This document shows, piece by piece, positions 31,467 through 43,324 of a stretch of DNA of 64,000 bases. The stretch is from Nitrospirota bacterium (GTDB taxonomy: Bacteria > Nitrospirota > UBA9217). Within the stretch, counting starts at the first letter, position 1. Every line of letters starts with the position of its first letter. The DNA lies in contig CAVWHO010000013.1 in the NCBI GenBank assembly GCA_963754875.1, forward strand, positions 160,001 through 224,000, in the 5' to 3' direction. The position numbers were made by a program, and so were the translations under genes. The notes under the pieces were generated by a model, which was given only the letters and a program-made list of their open reading frames with translations, searched no databases and was not told where the DNA came from.

Positions 31467-31598
31467 TTAGACACAGAAAAAACGGATTAACACGTTATAA
31501 AAGCGGATTAATTCTAAGCATTCACCAATTGGATGAGCTGCTAATCACGGGAAAATCCGTTGTTATACGACGCTTATCCGAATTTGATCAGTGTCAAA
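31467..31598. repeat. Family D nonamer-type inverted element
   Basis: TAGACACAGAAAAAACGGATTAACACG... / ...ATCCGTTGTTATACG..TTATCCGAATTTGATCAGTGTCAAA. Confidence 0.6.
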
Positions 31599-31612
31599 TG
31601 CCATTTTTAGAT

Positions 31613-32992
31613 TTAATCGATCTCATGAAGCTTCCCGAAGGGCTTCAGGACGACCTCGGAGAGCGCAGGATGAATGTGTATCCCTTTTGCCACGGTCCAG
31701 AGGTTGCCTTCGGCCGCCATGGCGTTCACGACTTCCTGGATCAGGACGGAGGCCTGGGGTCCGATGATGTGATAGCCCAGAACCTTCCCTGATTTTCTGT
31801 GCACAATGGCTTTGGCAAAACCCTCGGTCTCCCTCATGGCCTCGCCGCGCGCCACATCGCTGTACATTCCTTTCCCCACGAGCAGGTCCTTCTTGCCCAT
31901 GAGCTTGACGGCCTGTTCTTCCGTCAATCCGACCGACGCGATCTCGGGCCAGGAAAAAACAGCGTGCGGGACAGTCAGGTAGTTCATCCTGGATTTTTTG
32001 CCATGGACGGCGTTCTGCCACGCGAGTTCGGCTTCATGATTTGCGGTGTGGCGGAACATTTTTTTCCCGATGGCGTCTCCGAAGGCCCAGATGTTCTTTT
32101 CCGACGTTTCTAAGAAATCGTCCACGACAATATATCCCTGTTCGTTCGTTTTTACGCCGGTATTCCCGACCATGAGGACATCGGCGTTCGATTTTCTGCC
32201 CGCAGCAATCAAGACGTGCTGTGCAATAATCTCTGTTTGTCTGCCGTTGTCCCGCTCCTTCACCACGACCGTAGTGACCTTTCCTGTCTGCCGGACCTCG
32301 ATTGCCTCGGTGTTGGTATGGATTGCCATGCGGCGGGAAAGGGCCTTCCTGAGCGTTTCCGATACTTCCGGCTCCTCGTCGGGAACGAGCCGTTTATTCC
32401 GCTGGACGATCGTGACTTTTGTTCCGACAGCTTCGAAAAAGTGGGCGAACTCCGCAGCTATGTAGCCCCCTCCGATGATGACCATGCTTTCCGGTTTTTC
32501 CGTGAGCCGAAGCGCGGTTTCGTTCGTGAGGTACTCAATGCTTTCAATGCCTTTGATCGGCGGTATGAGCGGCCGTGCCCCGGAAACGAGAAAAATCGTT
32601 TTGCCTTTGATGGTCTTGTCGTTCACCTCGAGCGTGTAGTCGCCGGTAAAGTGCGCCTCGCCGAAATAAAAGTCGATGTCCTCGGATTTTTCCAAAGCTT
32701 CCTGAATGTGATCGTGGCTCTTCTGAACGGTCTTGCGCATCCTCTCCATGATGGCTGCGAAATCTATCGCTTTAATATCTGCAGCGATGCCGAGTTTTCC
32801 GGCTTCCCGGATTTCCATAATGCGGTCGGCGGGGTAGACGATCATCTTCGTGGGGATGCAGCCGACATTGAGGCAGGTCCCGCCCACGGGACCTTTGTCC
32901 GCCAGGGCCACGGTTTTGTTGTGCGAAAGAGCGTCCTCAATAAGGTTGGCCCCGCTGCCTGATCCGATTATGACGACATCGTATTCTTTCAT
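31613..32992 (-). CDS. Class-I pyridine nucleotide-disulfide oxidoreductase (dihydrolipoyl dehydrogenase / mycothione-reductase-like)
   Basis: IGSGSG, GGTCLNVGCIPTK, GGGYIAAE, HIHPALSEVV. Confidence 0.88.
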   Translation of the reverse strand: MKEYDVVIIGSGSGANLIEDALSHNKTVALADKGPVGGTCLNVGCIPTKMIVYPADRIMEIREAGKLGIAADIKAIDFAAIMERMRKTVQKSHDHIQEALEKSEDIDFYFGEAHFTGDYTLEVNDKTIKGKTIFLVSGARPLIPPIKGIESIEYLTNETALRLTEKPESMVIIGGGYIAAEFAHFFEAVGTKVTIVQRNKRLVPDEEPEVSETLRKALSRRMAIHTNTEAIEVRQTGKVTTVVVKERDNGRQTEIIAQHVLIAAGRKSNADVLMVGNTGVKTNEQGYIVVDDFLETSEKNIWAFGDAIGKKMFRHTANHEAELAWQNAVHGKKSRMNYLTVPHAVFSWPEIASVGLTEEQAVKLMGKKDLLVGKGMYSDVARGEAMRETEGFAKAIVHRKSGKVLGYHIIGPQASVLIQEVVNAMAAEGNLWTVAKGIHIHPALSEVVLKPFGKLHEID

Positions 32993-33266
32993 AGTTTACC
33001 TCTTTAAGAATTGTAGCAGTTTTGAGGGAAGAGTCAATTGAGACTTCTTTCATTTTGATGTGTTACTGCAAGCGTCGGTGAGGACTTTTTGTTTTCGACG
33101 AACAAAGCCGCATACGGTACTGTCCCTGAATTCCGAGGCGGAAAAACTTTCAGGCTGGATTGCAACAGAACTCTTTAGGAAAAGAATGCCGCGAGATGGC
33201 TCGGGTGAGAAAGCCAGCGGCATAGAGGTGAAAGGAATGTGATCGACGCCGCATAATCGATTCGTA

Positions 33267-33315
33267 AAAAAATAGAGGGCCTTTCCCGCACACGGATGTA
33301 CGGGAAAGGCCTCTC
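33267..33315 (-). terminator. Intrinsic terminator (minus strand)
   Basis: A-run then GGCCTTTCCCG ... CGGGAAAGGCC hairpin, downstream of the small ORF. Confidence 0.7.
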
Positions 33316-33417
33316 GGAAGAGACAGCGATCTTCTCTCGTGATGCCGCGCCTCCCTCACGGTCCAAAGCTTCGTATGAGAAAACTCTTATTCCTTCTCGC
33401 TCAGAACTCTGAGTTTT

Positions 33418-33633
33418 TTACGCAGCCTTATGTCTGGATTCTCTTGCCACGTTGAACTCAAAATTATAGATCCTGAAATCCCCCTCCGGGAACGCCATTT
33501 TGATCTTTTTGACGAACTCATCGTAGACGATCTTTTCGTATTGTTGAATATCGTTGTCCCTCGTCTGCTCTGTGGCTCCCTGGAGTTCCATGTCCACGTA
33601 AAAGTCCATGTCCGGTGATATACGCAACCGCAT
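33418..33633 (-). CDS. Small hypothetical protein (about 71 aa)
   Basis: AAGGAG SD upstream of ATG (MRLRISPDMDFY), protein-like composition, downstream terminator. Confidence 0.6.
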   Translation of the reverse strand: MRLRISPDMDFYVDMELQGATEQTRDNDIQQYEKIVYDEFVKKIKMAFPEGDFRIYNFEFNVARESRHKAA

Positions 33634-33757
33634 AAAATTCATCTCCTTCTGCCGCAAGACTCCCTGGGGTGTCTCTGCGAATATTTTCTGTTGTTAGTTA
33701 TATTATACCGCTTTCCCGTCCCACCTCAGGGGAATCAAGCCGCCGCAGCGTCCAGTT

Positions 33758-35222
33758 TCATGGTTTGATCGTGAGATACACCGAGCCACCTTCCCGGTAG
33801 ATGAGCAGGAGCACGGTATCTTTTTCCCCGATCTTCGAGACCGTCTTGTCATAATCCTCCGCACTTTGGATCGCTTTGCGGTTCACTTCCTGGATCACGT
33901 CGTTCGCCTGCAGCAGCCCCTGGGAAGGACTGTCCGGGGTGATATTGGTGATTACCACGCCGTTCAGATTCTCCGGCAGATTGAGCCTGTCACGCAAGGT
34001 CGGTGTGAGCTCCTGGACCGTAATTCCTTTTAGAGACGTTGTTATATTCCGTTTGCTTGATGACCTTCTTTTCTTTATATTCACCGAGCGTCATCGTAAT
34101 GGTCTGTTCCTTGCCCTCTCTGACGATCTTGACATCAATCTTCGTCCCCGGTGCGGTTGAGGCAACCATGTTCCGAAGGCTTGTTGAGTCAACAACCTGT
34201 TTCCCGTCCAGTGCAATGACGAGATCGCCCCGTTTGAAGCCCGCTTTATCGGCAGGGCTGTCTTTTTCCACACCTGAAATGAGCGCCCCCTCCGTTTCTT
34301 TAATGCCAAGAGACTTTGCGAGTTCCGCTGTGATGTTCTGTATGCTTACACCCATCCAGCCCCGGATCACTTTCCCGTGCTTGATAATGCTGTCCATCAC
34401 GGTTTTTGCCATGTCCGACGGAATCGCAAAACCGATGCCCATGTATCCACCGCTGGTTGAGAAGATCGCCGTGTTGATGCCCACGAGTTCTGCGTTGGAG
34501 TTCACCAGCGCACCGCCCGAGTTGCCGGGATTGATTGCCGCATCAGTCTGGATAAAGTCCTCGAAATCGGCGAGCCCGATGTTCGACCGTCCTACGGCGC
34601 TCACAATCCCCATCGTAATGGTCTGGTTCAGGCCGAAGGGATTGCCGATCGCCATGACAATATCGCCGGTCTTGAGTTTATTGGAGTCGCCGAGCTTGAG
34701 CACCGGCAGATCCTTCGCATTGATCTTGACGACCGCTAGGTCCGTCCGTGGATCGGTGCCCACGATCTTTCCTTTGAATTCCCGTTTATCAAACAGGATT
34801 ACTTTGATTTCATCGGCGCCTTTGACCACGTGATTGTTCGTGAGGATGTAACCGTTTTCCGACACGATGACACCTGAACCCAGGGCCGATGATTTATATT
34901 TTCGCTTCTGCCCCGGGTGCTCGAACTGGTCGCCGAAAAAATGCCGGAAAAGAGGATCGTTAAACATGTCGCCGAAAGGACTCTCTTCCATGGTAATGGT
35001 GGAAGTTGTAGATATATTTACGACCGTAGGCCGGGCTGCCTCGGCAACCTCGGCCAACGCGTTGCTCATTTTACCGAGCAATTGTGAAGATTCCCGGGAA
35101 ACGGCACCTTCCTTCGCAACGGCCATGCCGGAAGGCAGCAAGCCCGCGACGAGTACCGCAGCGAGCATCAGTGCACTTGTCTTTTTACGTACTGCGTTAT
35201 ACTTTACGAACGACTGATTCAT
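33758..35222 (-). CDS. DegP/DegQ (HtrA) serine protease with two PDZ domains (one +1 frameshift near 34035)
   Basis: GSGVI..TNNHVV, DLAVVK, QTDAAINPGNSGG; second PDZ in the next frame. Confidence 0.93.
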
Positions 35223-35434
35223 TGATGGCCTCCTTGTTTGAACCTCGTTATTTTTGAAAAGGGGACTGATCCGCAAGCCATTGCCCCAGTTGTACCTTTT
35301 GTAACTCAAAACCACTACACTAGAATTTTGACACCAGAGAATCAGAAAAGATTAATTTATAGCGTAGACGAAGTACCCCTCTGAGAACTAATATACTACG
35401 TTTTTCTTTGAGTGGGTGGCCGCAGCAGGGAAAA

Positions 35435-38400
35435 TTATACTTTAGTAGCTAATTCAAGCTTAAAGCTGTCAAGAAAGAGGAGGTATCCTTCCACGGAAGA
35501 GAGTTTGAATATTTCTTTTATTGCCTCGCAGTAGACCTGGACCTGCGGCCGATAATGGTCAGTCCAGGCCCTCAGGACCTCATCATTTTCGATGAAAATA
35601 GCCTTGTAGTCGATGATATACCCTTTGCCGCCTCTGATGACCACGCGGTCGATGATCCCGCTTACGAGAGCGTTCTCTCTTTTGTACAGGAAGGGGAGCT
35701 CAGAGTAGGTGCCGGCCTCGCGCCCAAATATCCACGCGAGTTCCCTGTTTGACAGCACCGTACCCAGAACGGACCCGGCATCGTCGGTGAATTGCCGTAC
35801 AATTTCGGTTTCCAGGGAAAGGATATCGGGATACTCGGTGATGATCTGTTCGATCCGGTATGAGCCGAACTTCGCGTAATCCTCAAGACAGCGGTGAAGC
35901 AAGCTCCCCCGGGTGAGGGGAGAAACGTCGCCCGGTGCGGTCTGGAGCGACGCCAGTTCGATCGCTGCTTCCTTTTCGTGTTCGATAAAATCCGTGGCCC
36001 TTTTCCATTCCGGGGATTTTGAAGGCGGAATCGGGGCGAGATTGTCGATGACGGTTTTAATATCTATTTTGGAAGAGGAGGCGTGGCGCGGCTTGCCGGT
36101 CCGGAGAGCGTCAATAATCACGCCCTCATTCTGCTGCGCAATGCCGGCGGAATATGCATGGGTGACGATGTCCGGTCCTGATTTGATTTCCGAATCGAAC
36201 AGCGGCGCCGGAGCTGCCCGATGAAGGTAATCCAACCAGGTAGATTGTGTGAGCGGTCTTTTGTCGTCTTTCCTCGTGCCGATCATGACCAGATGATCGC
36301 GGGCGCGCGTCATGGCCACATAGAGAAGTCGTTGATGCTCCCGCTTCAACTCGTCCTTTTCCTGCTCCCAGAGTTCTTCGTAGAGCGGGTTCGCAGCGTC
36401 CCGAACTGCCATGCGTGTTTTGTTGCCGCTTTCACCGATGATCACGTCCGGCCCGCGGGTAATGGACCGCTGCGTTTGATTCATACCCGGCAGAAACACG
36501 ATGGGATATTCGAGCCCCTTTGCCTTATGCACGGTCATGATGCTGACCGCGCCCTGGAAACCGGGCAGGTTCATGTCTGCTGTAGCTTCACGTTGTGCCG
36601 CCTCGCGGATGTTCTTGACCCATTCGACGAAGTCCTGGAGTGTGGTATAACCCCTTCGGTCGAACTCCCGGGCCGTGTCGAGCAGCTTGTCGATATTGAA
36701 GATCGCCTGCGGATTGCGCCTGCCGCAAGCGGACGTATGCGCCGGTTTCCTCGACGATCTTGTGGATGAGACCTGAAAGAGGGACGAGGCCCGCGAGATT
36801 CATCCAGCCCTGCAGGAGTTTCCAGTCCTCAGGTCTGCGCTTCTTAAGCGCATCGACCATGTGATCGTCGTCCTGGATGAGATCGAAGATGTCCTTGTCC
36901 GTGAAGCCGAAGAGAGACGACTTGAGCGCAGCTGCGAGCGAGAGTTTGTCGGCGCTGGTTCCACAGGAAGAAACAGAATGTTGATCAGCGCCTGAATCTC
37001 GTCTTCCTCATAGAACCCGATACCGCCGACAACGCGGAAGGGAATGCCGGCGGACTCCAGTGGCGGCTTCATATTCCTTGAGCTTTGTGCGCGATTGGAT
37101 CAGTACTGCGCAGTCGCCGTAGTCGGCAGGGCGTGCATGCCAGCTGCCGTCGTTGATGACGTTTTTCCCGTGCGGAGCGGGAACCCGGTGTCTGCTCGAA
37201 AATCCTCGTCCCTGCTTCAATCATCGTCTTGATCTCTCGCGCAAGCAGTTCCGCCTCATCCAGGCCGCCGGACGCTATTCCCGGCACAGTCGGCAAGAGC
37301 TCTATAAGACGCACGCTCCCTTGCTGGTCATTCCGTTCCACTTTGGAAGGTTTGTATGAATCTCCCCAGAGTGCTCCGAAAACCCGGTTTACCGTCTCGA
37401 TGACTTCCGGAGTTGATCGAAAATTTCTGTCCAGCGTAAGAACTTCCCTCGATTCTGCCGGAATATTTGTTTCCATTTTTTTTCTGACGTCTGCCAGCAA
37501 ACGGTAGTTCGCCTCGCGGAAACGGTAGATGGACTGTTTTTCATCGCCTACGACGAAGAGGGTCGGCCTCATGGGCTTATCCGCTCCCTGGCCCGCGAAG
37601 ATCTCCTCGGTCAGTTTGTCCACGATGGCCCATTGGATGTCGCTTGTGTCCTGGAACTCGTCCACAAGAACGTGGAGGATCTTCCGGTCAAGCCAGTAAA
37701 GGATGTCAGGAGATTCCCGGCCCTGGAGTAGGCGATAGGCATAGATCTCGAGGTCGTCGAAGTCCAGAAGACCTTCCCTGAACTTCGATTCGTGATAGTT
37801 GCTCTCGGCGCGTTGGTACAGGCCCAGGAGGCTCATCGATTCGCGGCCTGCCTGCCAGCTCGACGAAAGCGTCCGCAGCCGTTCGAGCATCTCCTGAACA
37901 GCGAAGAATGCCTTTTCATATTCATCACGATTTTTACCGAGATACTTGCCTTTGGCAATGTAGGCTTTTTTGCTCGGCGTACCGTCCTTCGTGAAATACA
38001 CCGGGACGAGAGCTTTCGAGAACCTCACGGCGGCCTCAACGGTTTCCGCTTCAGCCAGCAGGAGATGTCCCTTTCCCAGGCACTCATCGTAAAAGGGATG
38101 CTGTGATTGGAGGACCCGTTCCATGTCCCGAAGCCCCCTGCGCCATTCCGCGCCTGCGATGAACGCCTGCAGCTCTGATTCTGTCCGGTCTGTGCCCATG
38201 CCGGCTCGGATCGAGCGGAGCAGTCCCGCCGGCCCGCCAGCATCGATTTCCAACCGTTTCAGCTTGCTCCTGATGGTGAACAAAAACTCCAGTCTGGCAA
38301 TAAGCTCGTCAACGGTGAATTGACCGAGCGGGGCCATGATGCCGGGGTCGCGGTCTGATTCCTCAAGTGCGTCTTCTATGGCCTTTTGAATTTTCTGTGC

Positions 38401-38775
38401 CTGGTCACGAACATCAAGTACGCCGAAGTCGGGCGGAAGCCCTGCTTCAAGCGGGTACCGTTTGAGCAGGTTCATGCAGAACGAGTGGATCGTTGATATG
38501 CGGAGCTCCTGCCTCCCGCGAATGATTTTTTTGAGCATGGGTTCCGGCAGGTCGTGCATCACGCGCTCTTTAATCTCTGCCGCTGCTTTGTCTGTGAACG
38601 TGATGGCCACGGCCTGATCGATGTTGAGACCACGCTTGTCCAGTACGTCCAGGAGTGCGAGGTATCGGTCTTTGAGCGCGCGCGTTTTGCCTGAACCGGC
38701 GGAGGCCGAAAGGTGAACGGATTTGGATGGATCGGCCGTTTTCGACAGGGCCTGGCTTTTGGAGTTGGTCGTCAT
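35435..38775 (-). CDS. AddA-like UvrD helicase-nuclease (about 4 frameshifts)
   Basis: ASAGSGKT, VDEFQDT, VGDEKQSIYRFR, NFRS, TVHKAKGLE, YVAMTRARD, GIIDRV..IIDYK across consecutive frames. Confidence 0.85.
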
Positions 38776-38802
38776 GGGTACGTTACGGACGGGGTGCGGC
38801 CC

Positions 38803-41800
38803 TCATTCCGTTTCTTCCTTTTCACACATCATGTCCAGGGGACAATACCGGCACCTGTTCTGGTCCTGCGGTTTCGAGGTAAAGGCTCCGGCAAGGATGC
38901 CTTCGATCGCCTTGCGTGCCTTGGCCAGGCTCTGCTGCAAAATCGTTTCGAACTCTTCGGCGCTCTTGGAGCTTGCTTTCGGCTTTGATGACGGATGGTC
39001 GTCTCGTGTCTCTTTATTAAAGAGCACGACATCGCGTGCGCCTGCGTGCGGTCTTTCCCTGCGAGGTCGTAATAAGCGAGTCCGATGGATTTATTGAGCT
39101 TCGGATCGCTGTCTTTCAGTGCCGATTGCGCCATCACTGCATAGACCGGCAGCTGGAAAATTTCCTGGTCTTCATTCATTTTCGGCAAAGGGTATTTGCC
39201 GGTCTTGTAATCCACGATGATGAAGTTGCCGTTTTCATCCACATCGATGCGGTCAATCTTGGCCGAGAGTTCGACTTCCTCTCCGTTCGACAAGGACGAG
39301 GGGAAAACGATCGATCTTCTGCTCCAGATAAGCAGGGTGCATCCCCTGTTTCCAAAATTCCTCCTCGCCATCGAGGAAGCGCTCGGCCATGACGGTCAGA
39401 AACAGTTCTTTCTCGCGCCGATTGCGAAAGGTGTCGGCCTCTTCGGCAAAGGCAGAGTCCGCAAGTTTTTTCAGGAGCGCCCGGGCCTCGTCTCTGTTCT
39501 CCCGCGTGACCGGGGTGCTCCAGGCAAGATAAAAGTTCCTGAGGATCGCGTGCACTTTGCTGCCCCGGTCAAGCGGAGAAATGTCTTCGGTCGCTTCCTC
39601 CAGGGGCTCGAGGCCCAGGACTTTCGTGACCAGGTAATCATAAGGACAGCGGAGATAGAGATCGAGTTCGGTGACTGAGAACGTACGCTTTTGTTTCGGC
39701 AGGATGGAGCGAGCGGATGCCGACGGCGCATGCGTGACTGCCGCTCTGATGCCGGACGTACCTTTGATTCCCGAATTCAGGAGGTCCGTCAGTACTTGAT
39801 CGTTTTTTTCAAGACTGATGGCCTTGGCAAGCTCGGGAACGCTGTGGCTATCCTCGATCTTCAGACTGGACTGGATGCCGGAGGTCTTCTCAATTCCGCG
39901 ATTTATCAGACCGGCCTGCTTGAGCGGCGCAAGCTCCTCCAAAAAAGGCGACGGCACAACGGGGCGGTCTCCTTCATTCTCAGGGTACGTCAGGGTGATC
40001 TTGTCCGTCGAGAGCACGAGCCGATAGAAATGTCCGGCAGCGTTCATGCGTGCTTTTTCCAGTGTTCGCGCGCCCATGGCTTCCAACATCAGCTCGGGCA
40101 GGAATATATTTTGGGGGAGGCGCTGGGGAAACGCGCCGTCGACCAGGCCGCCGAGATAGATTTCATTCCAGGAATGGCCCATGCTTTCTTCGAGCCCCAG
40201 GATCTGCACGCCGTCTTCGTCCTCGGGCGGCACCTGGAACCGGGCCTGCATAAACGTCTTCTTGAGGAGGAAGAACCATTCATTGAACGTGTATCGGTAA
40301 TCAGGGAAGAACTTCCCGGCCCGGGAAAGCGAAGTGAGCGTGTCCTGCAATTTTTTATACGCTTGCAGATTGATGTTCAGTGGACCTTTGATGAGCGCCA
40401 CCCGAGCGCCGAGTCGGGACCACGCCAGAAGATGCGAGAACCGCCCCATCCATAATGAAAGAGGGGCCGTATCCTTCCGGGAGAATGGTTCGAGGCAGTC
40501 GAAGATGTCCTTGAGCGGCCCGGTGAGGATGTCGTTTCCCTTTTTGCCCGGCATCTGCTGTTTCAGTGCAGAGAGCAGTTTGTGCTTGCCGCCGCTTATC
40601 CGACTGTCGCGGAGGAGCCTGTCGAGCGCGGGAGCGAGCGCCGGGGTCTCGCCGAATTTCAGGAACGCTGAGCTGAATATGCGCACGAGTGACGGGCCGG
40701 AGAAGTCTTCCTGAACCGCTCGAAGCAGGGAGATGACCGCGGTTGCCACGGGAGAAGAGCTGAGCTGCCTGCCCAGGGCCCGGTTGTAGGGGATGCCGTA
40801 ATCGATAAAAATCTCTTCGACGAGCGGACCGTATTCGTCGAGTCCTGGAAAGGCAACGAGGATCGAGTCCGGAGGTGTGCCTCGTTTAAGCGACTGCTTC
40901 ACGCCTGTGGCGATGAGCGATACTTCTTCGCGGGCATTGACCGCGGAGAGCAATCTGGATGTCTTTCGAAAACGAGTGAGGGACTGGCGCCTTCGCGGCC
41001 GATGCAGCAAATGGTTTGTCCGAGAAAAGTACCGAAGACAGGAACAGCTCGTCCGTGCCCGGTGCGACGCCGCTCTCATCAGGAGCGGCACCCAGCTGCG
41101 AGAGGAAATCTTTCGTTATGCTGAGCGGGTGAAACTCCGATGCCCTCGTTATCAGCTCCGCGGAAGTCGCCTGGAGGAGGCAGGTGCAGCTGCTCGCGAA
41201 CAGCCGTTTTTCTGAGGATTTCGGTTTCAATTCTGCCTGCGTCCTGAATGCCGTCGATAATGATCCTTGCTATAGCCGGCGAGGGCGCTGGGTTCGACAT
41301 CGGTCTCGTATGTGCGCGCGCATCCCCGCGGGGTCCGTTATGTTCCTGCCCTTGAGCTCTCTTTCATAGTCACGGTAGACGGCAACGAGCAGCGTGACCT
41401 GCGGTTTGTCTGAAAAATCCTCCCCCCTGACTCTGCGGGCAAGATCCTCGGCACTTACGCCGGCGGCGGACAATTGTTCTATCATTTTCGCGAGTGCGGC
41501 GGAGAGCGCAGGAGCAAGCAGGTCAGGTTTCTGGCCGAAGAGACGGCCACTGGTGAGGCGCCCCTTGACAATGCCTTCGAGCAGGATGATTCTGCTGTTT
41601 TCGTCGATGAGCCGGGGACCCTGCAGCGGGGCGTACAGGTGCTCGAAGAACTGGTGGAGTGTCCGGATCTCGGGCTGGGACGAGAGCAGCGGCTCCGAAG
41701 TTTCTTTGGACGATGTCCAAAAACAACCTCCCGTAGGCACGCTTCATGCGCGATGAAGGGACGATGATCAGAACGTCGTTATAGATATACGGCGGCCCCG

Positions 41801-41882
41801 GCCGGGACGAGATGAGTTCCTCCAGGAAGCGTCGTTTTTCTTTCCAACCTGCGCTTCCCTGCGATATGACGAGAGCTTTCAT
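38803..41882 (-). CDS. AddB-like PD-(D/E)xK nuclease with Fe-S staple (6 or more frameshifts)
   Basis: SVTELDLYLRCPY, RGSKVH, KIDRID..IVDYKTG, CRYCPLDMMC; pieces in consecutive frames starting from MKALVISQG. Confidence 0.8.
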
Positions 41883-41959
41883 TACACCGAGATTATGCCA
41901 CAAGTAAAAATGATTGACAACGATTAGTGCATAGTTTATTATTACAAAACGATCGTTAT

Positions 41960-42157
41960 ATGCAGTATTGCGTTACCGAAAATAAGTGTTCCGGATGCGG
42001 GACCTGCCTAGATGTGTGTCCCACTGAGGCGATCAAAATGCAAGACGGGCATGCAGTTATTACGATGGAATGCATTGACTGCGGTGCCTGTCCGCGGGTC
42101 TGCCCCGAAGGCGCGATCAAACAGGTGCTCCCTGCAGCTGTCCAAAAATCTCTGTAA
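41960..42157 (+). CDS. 2[4Fe-4S] ferredoxin
   Basis: CSGCGTCLDVCP and CIDCGACPRVCP. Confidence 0.9.
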   Translation: MQYCVTENKCSGCGTCLDVCPTEAIKMQDGHAVITMECIDCGACPRVCPEGAIKQVLPAAVQKSL

Positions 42158-42178
42158 AACGGTTTGAAGGAGGTAGTA

Positions 42179-42502
42179 ATGGCTGAAGCGGTGACGAGTA
42201 CGACATGGGAGCAGGAAGTATTGAAAGCGCCAGGCCTGGTACTGGTGGACTTCTGGGCGGTCTGGTGCGGGCCCTGCAGGATGGTAGCGCCGATCGTGGA
42301 CGAAATTTCCAAGGAGTACGAAGGCAAACTCAAAGTGCTGAAGCTGAACACCGATGAAAACCCCGATGTAGCCGGCAAGTACCGCATCATGGGCATTCCG
42401 ACCCTCATGTTCTTTAAAAACGGACAGACCGTTGACCAGGTCGTAGGCGCTGTGCCGAAAGCCCAGCTTAAAACCAAAGTAGACACGCTGCTGGGAAAGT
42501 GA
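42179..42502 (+). CDS. trxA: Thioredoxin
   Basis: [14 protein letters not shown]; strong SD AAGGAGG. Confidence 0.96.
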   Translation: MAEAVTSTTWEQEVLKAPGLVLVDFWAVWCGPCRMVAPIVDEISKEYEGKLKVLKLNTDENPDVAGKYRIMGIPTLMFFKNGQTVDQVVGAVPKAQLKTKVDTLLGK

Positions 42503-42612
42503 CTTTTTTATCGCACCATTCGCAGCGGCGTACGAATAGATTTTTGGCTGCCCGTCTCTGGCGGGCATTTTTTGTTACATTCCTTTTTTGAATAGGTGAA
42601 GGAGTCCTGACG

Positions 42613-43098
42613 ATGGCCGGAAAAATACTGGCGATATCAGCCATCCTCGTGCTGCTGCTCAGCTGCACGGATAAGGTTGCGAAATCGGGGGGATCCATGG
42701 CCCCTGACTTTACGCTCCAGGAACTGAGCGGAAAAAACGTGACGCTGTCGGATATGAAAGGAAAAGTAGTCCTGCTCGAGTTTTGGGCCACCTGGTGTCC
42801 ACCGTGTCGCGCATCGATCCCGGGTATCGAACGACTCCATGAAAAGTATAAAGACAAGGGCGTCGTCGTGCTTGCCGTTTCTATGGATGACGGCGGATGG
42901 GACGCTGTGCAGTCTTTTGTCAAGGAACAAGGCATTAAGTACACAGTTCTCAAAGGCGATGATGATGTCGCTACAAAGTACCAGGTCCGTTCGATCCCGA
43001 TGCTTCTCGTGGTCGATAAGGAAGGCAAAATCACGAGGCGTTATCTCGGGTTCGGCAGCGATGAGGACGTCGAGAACGACATTAAAGCCCTGCTGTAG
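42613..43098 (+). CDS. TlpA/ResA-family thiol-disulfide oxidoreductase (lipoprotein)
   Basis: LLSC lipobox, APDFTL, FWATWCPPC. Confidence 0.92.
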   Translation: MAGKILAISAILVLLLSCTDKVAKSGGSMAPDFTLQELSGKNVTLSDMKGKVVLLEFWATWCPPCRASIPGIERLHEKYKDKGVVVLAVSMDDGGWDAVQSFVKEQGIKYTVLKGDDDVATKYQVRSIPMLLVVDKEGKITRRYLGFGSDEDVENDIKALL

Positions 43099-43123
43099 AC
43101 GCTGCGGCATTTCGGTTTTTTGA

Positions 43124-43152
43124 TTGACAACACCAAGGCCTGCCGCTATAAT
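43124..43152 (+). promoter_or_regulatory. Sigma70 promoter of tRNA-Gly
   Basis: Consensus TTGACA-17 nt-TATAAT. Confidence 0.85.
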
Positions 43153-43164
43153 GCTTTTCGAAAA

Positions 43165-43240
43165 GCGGGCGTAGCTCAGTTGGTAGAGTACAAGCTTCCC
43201 AAGCTTGGGGTCGCGGGTTCGAACCCCGTCGCCCGCTCCA
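43165..43240 (+). tRNA. tRNA-Gly(CCC)
   Basis: GCGGGCG acceptor, CAAGC-TTCCCAA-GCTTG anticodon arm, GTTCGAA T-loop, CCA end. Confidence 0.97.
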
Positions 43241-43270
43241 TTTTTGCTCCACTATTCTTTGCGCACGAAT

Positions 43271-43304
43271 GACCCCTGCCTGAAATAACAGGTGGGGTTT
43301 TTTT
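43271..43304 (+). terminator. Intrinsic terminator after tRNA-Gly
   Basis: ACCCCTGCCTG..CAGGTGGGGTTTTTTT. Confidence 0.7.
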
Positions 43305-43324
43305 GTCCATGACCATGCGTCGTT

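Noticed and set aside
43241..43324. Cobalamin riboswitch before cobU
   Set aside because: The gap is too short and holds only the tRNA terminator; no B12 box.
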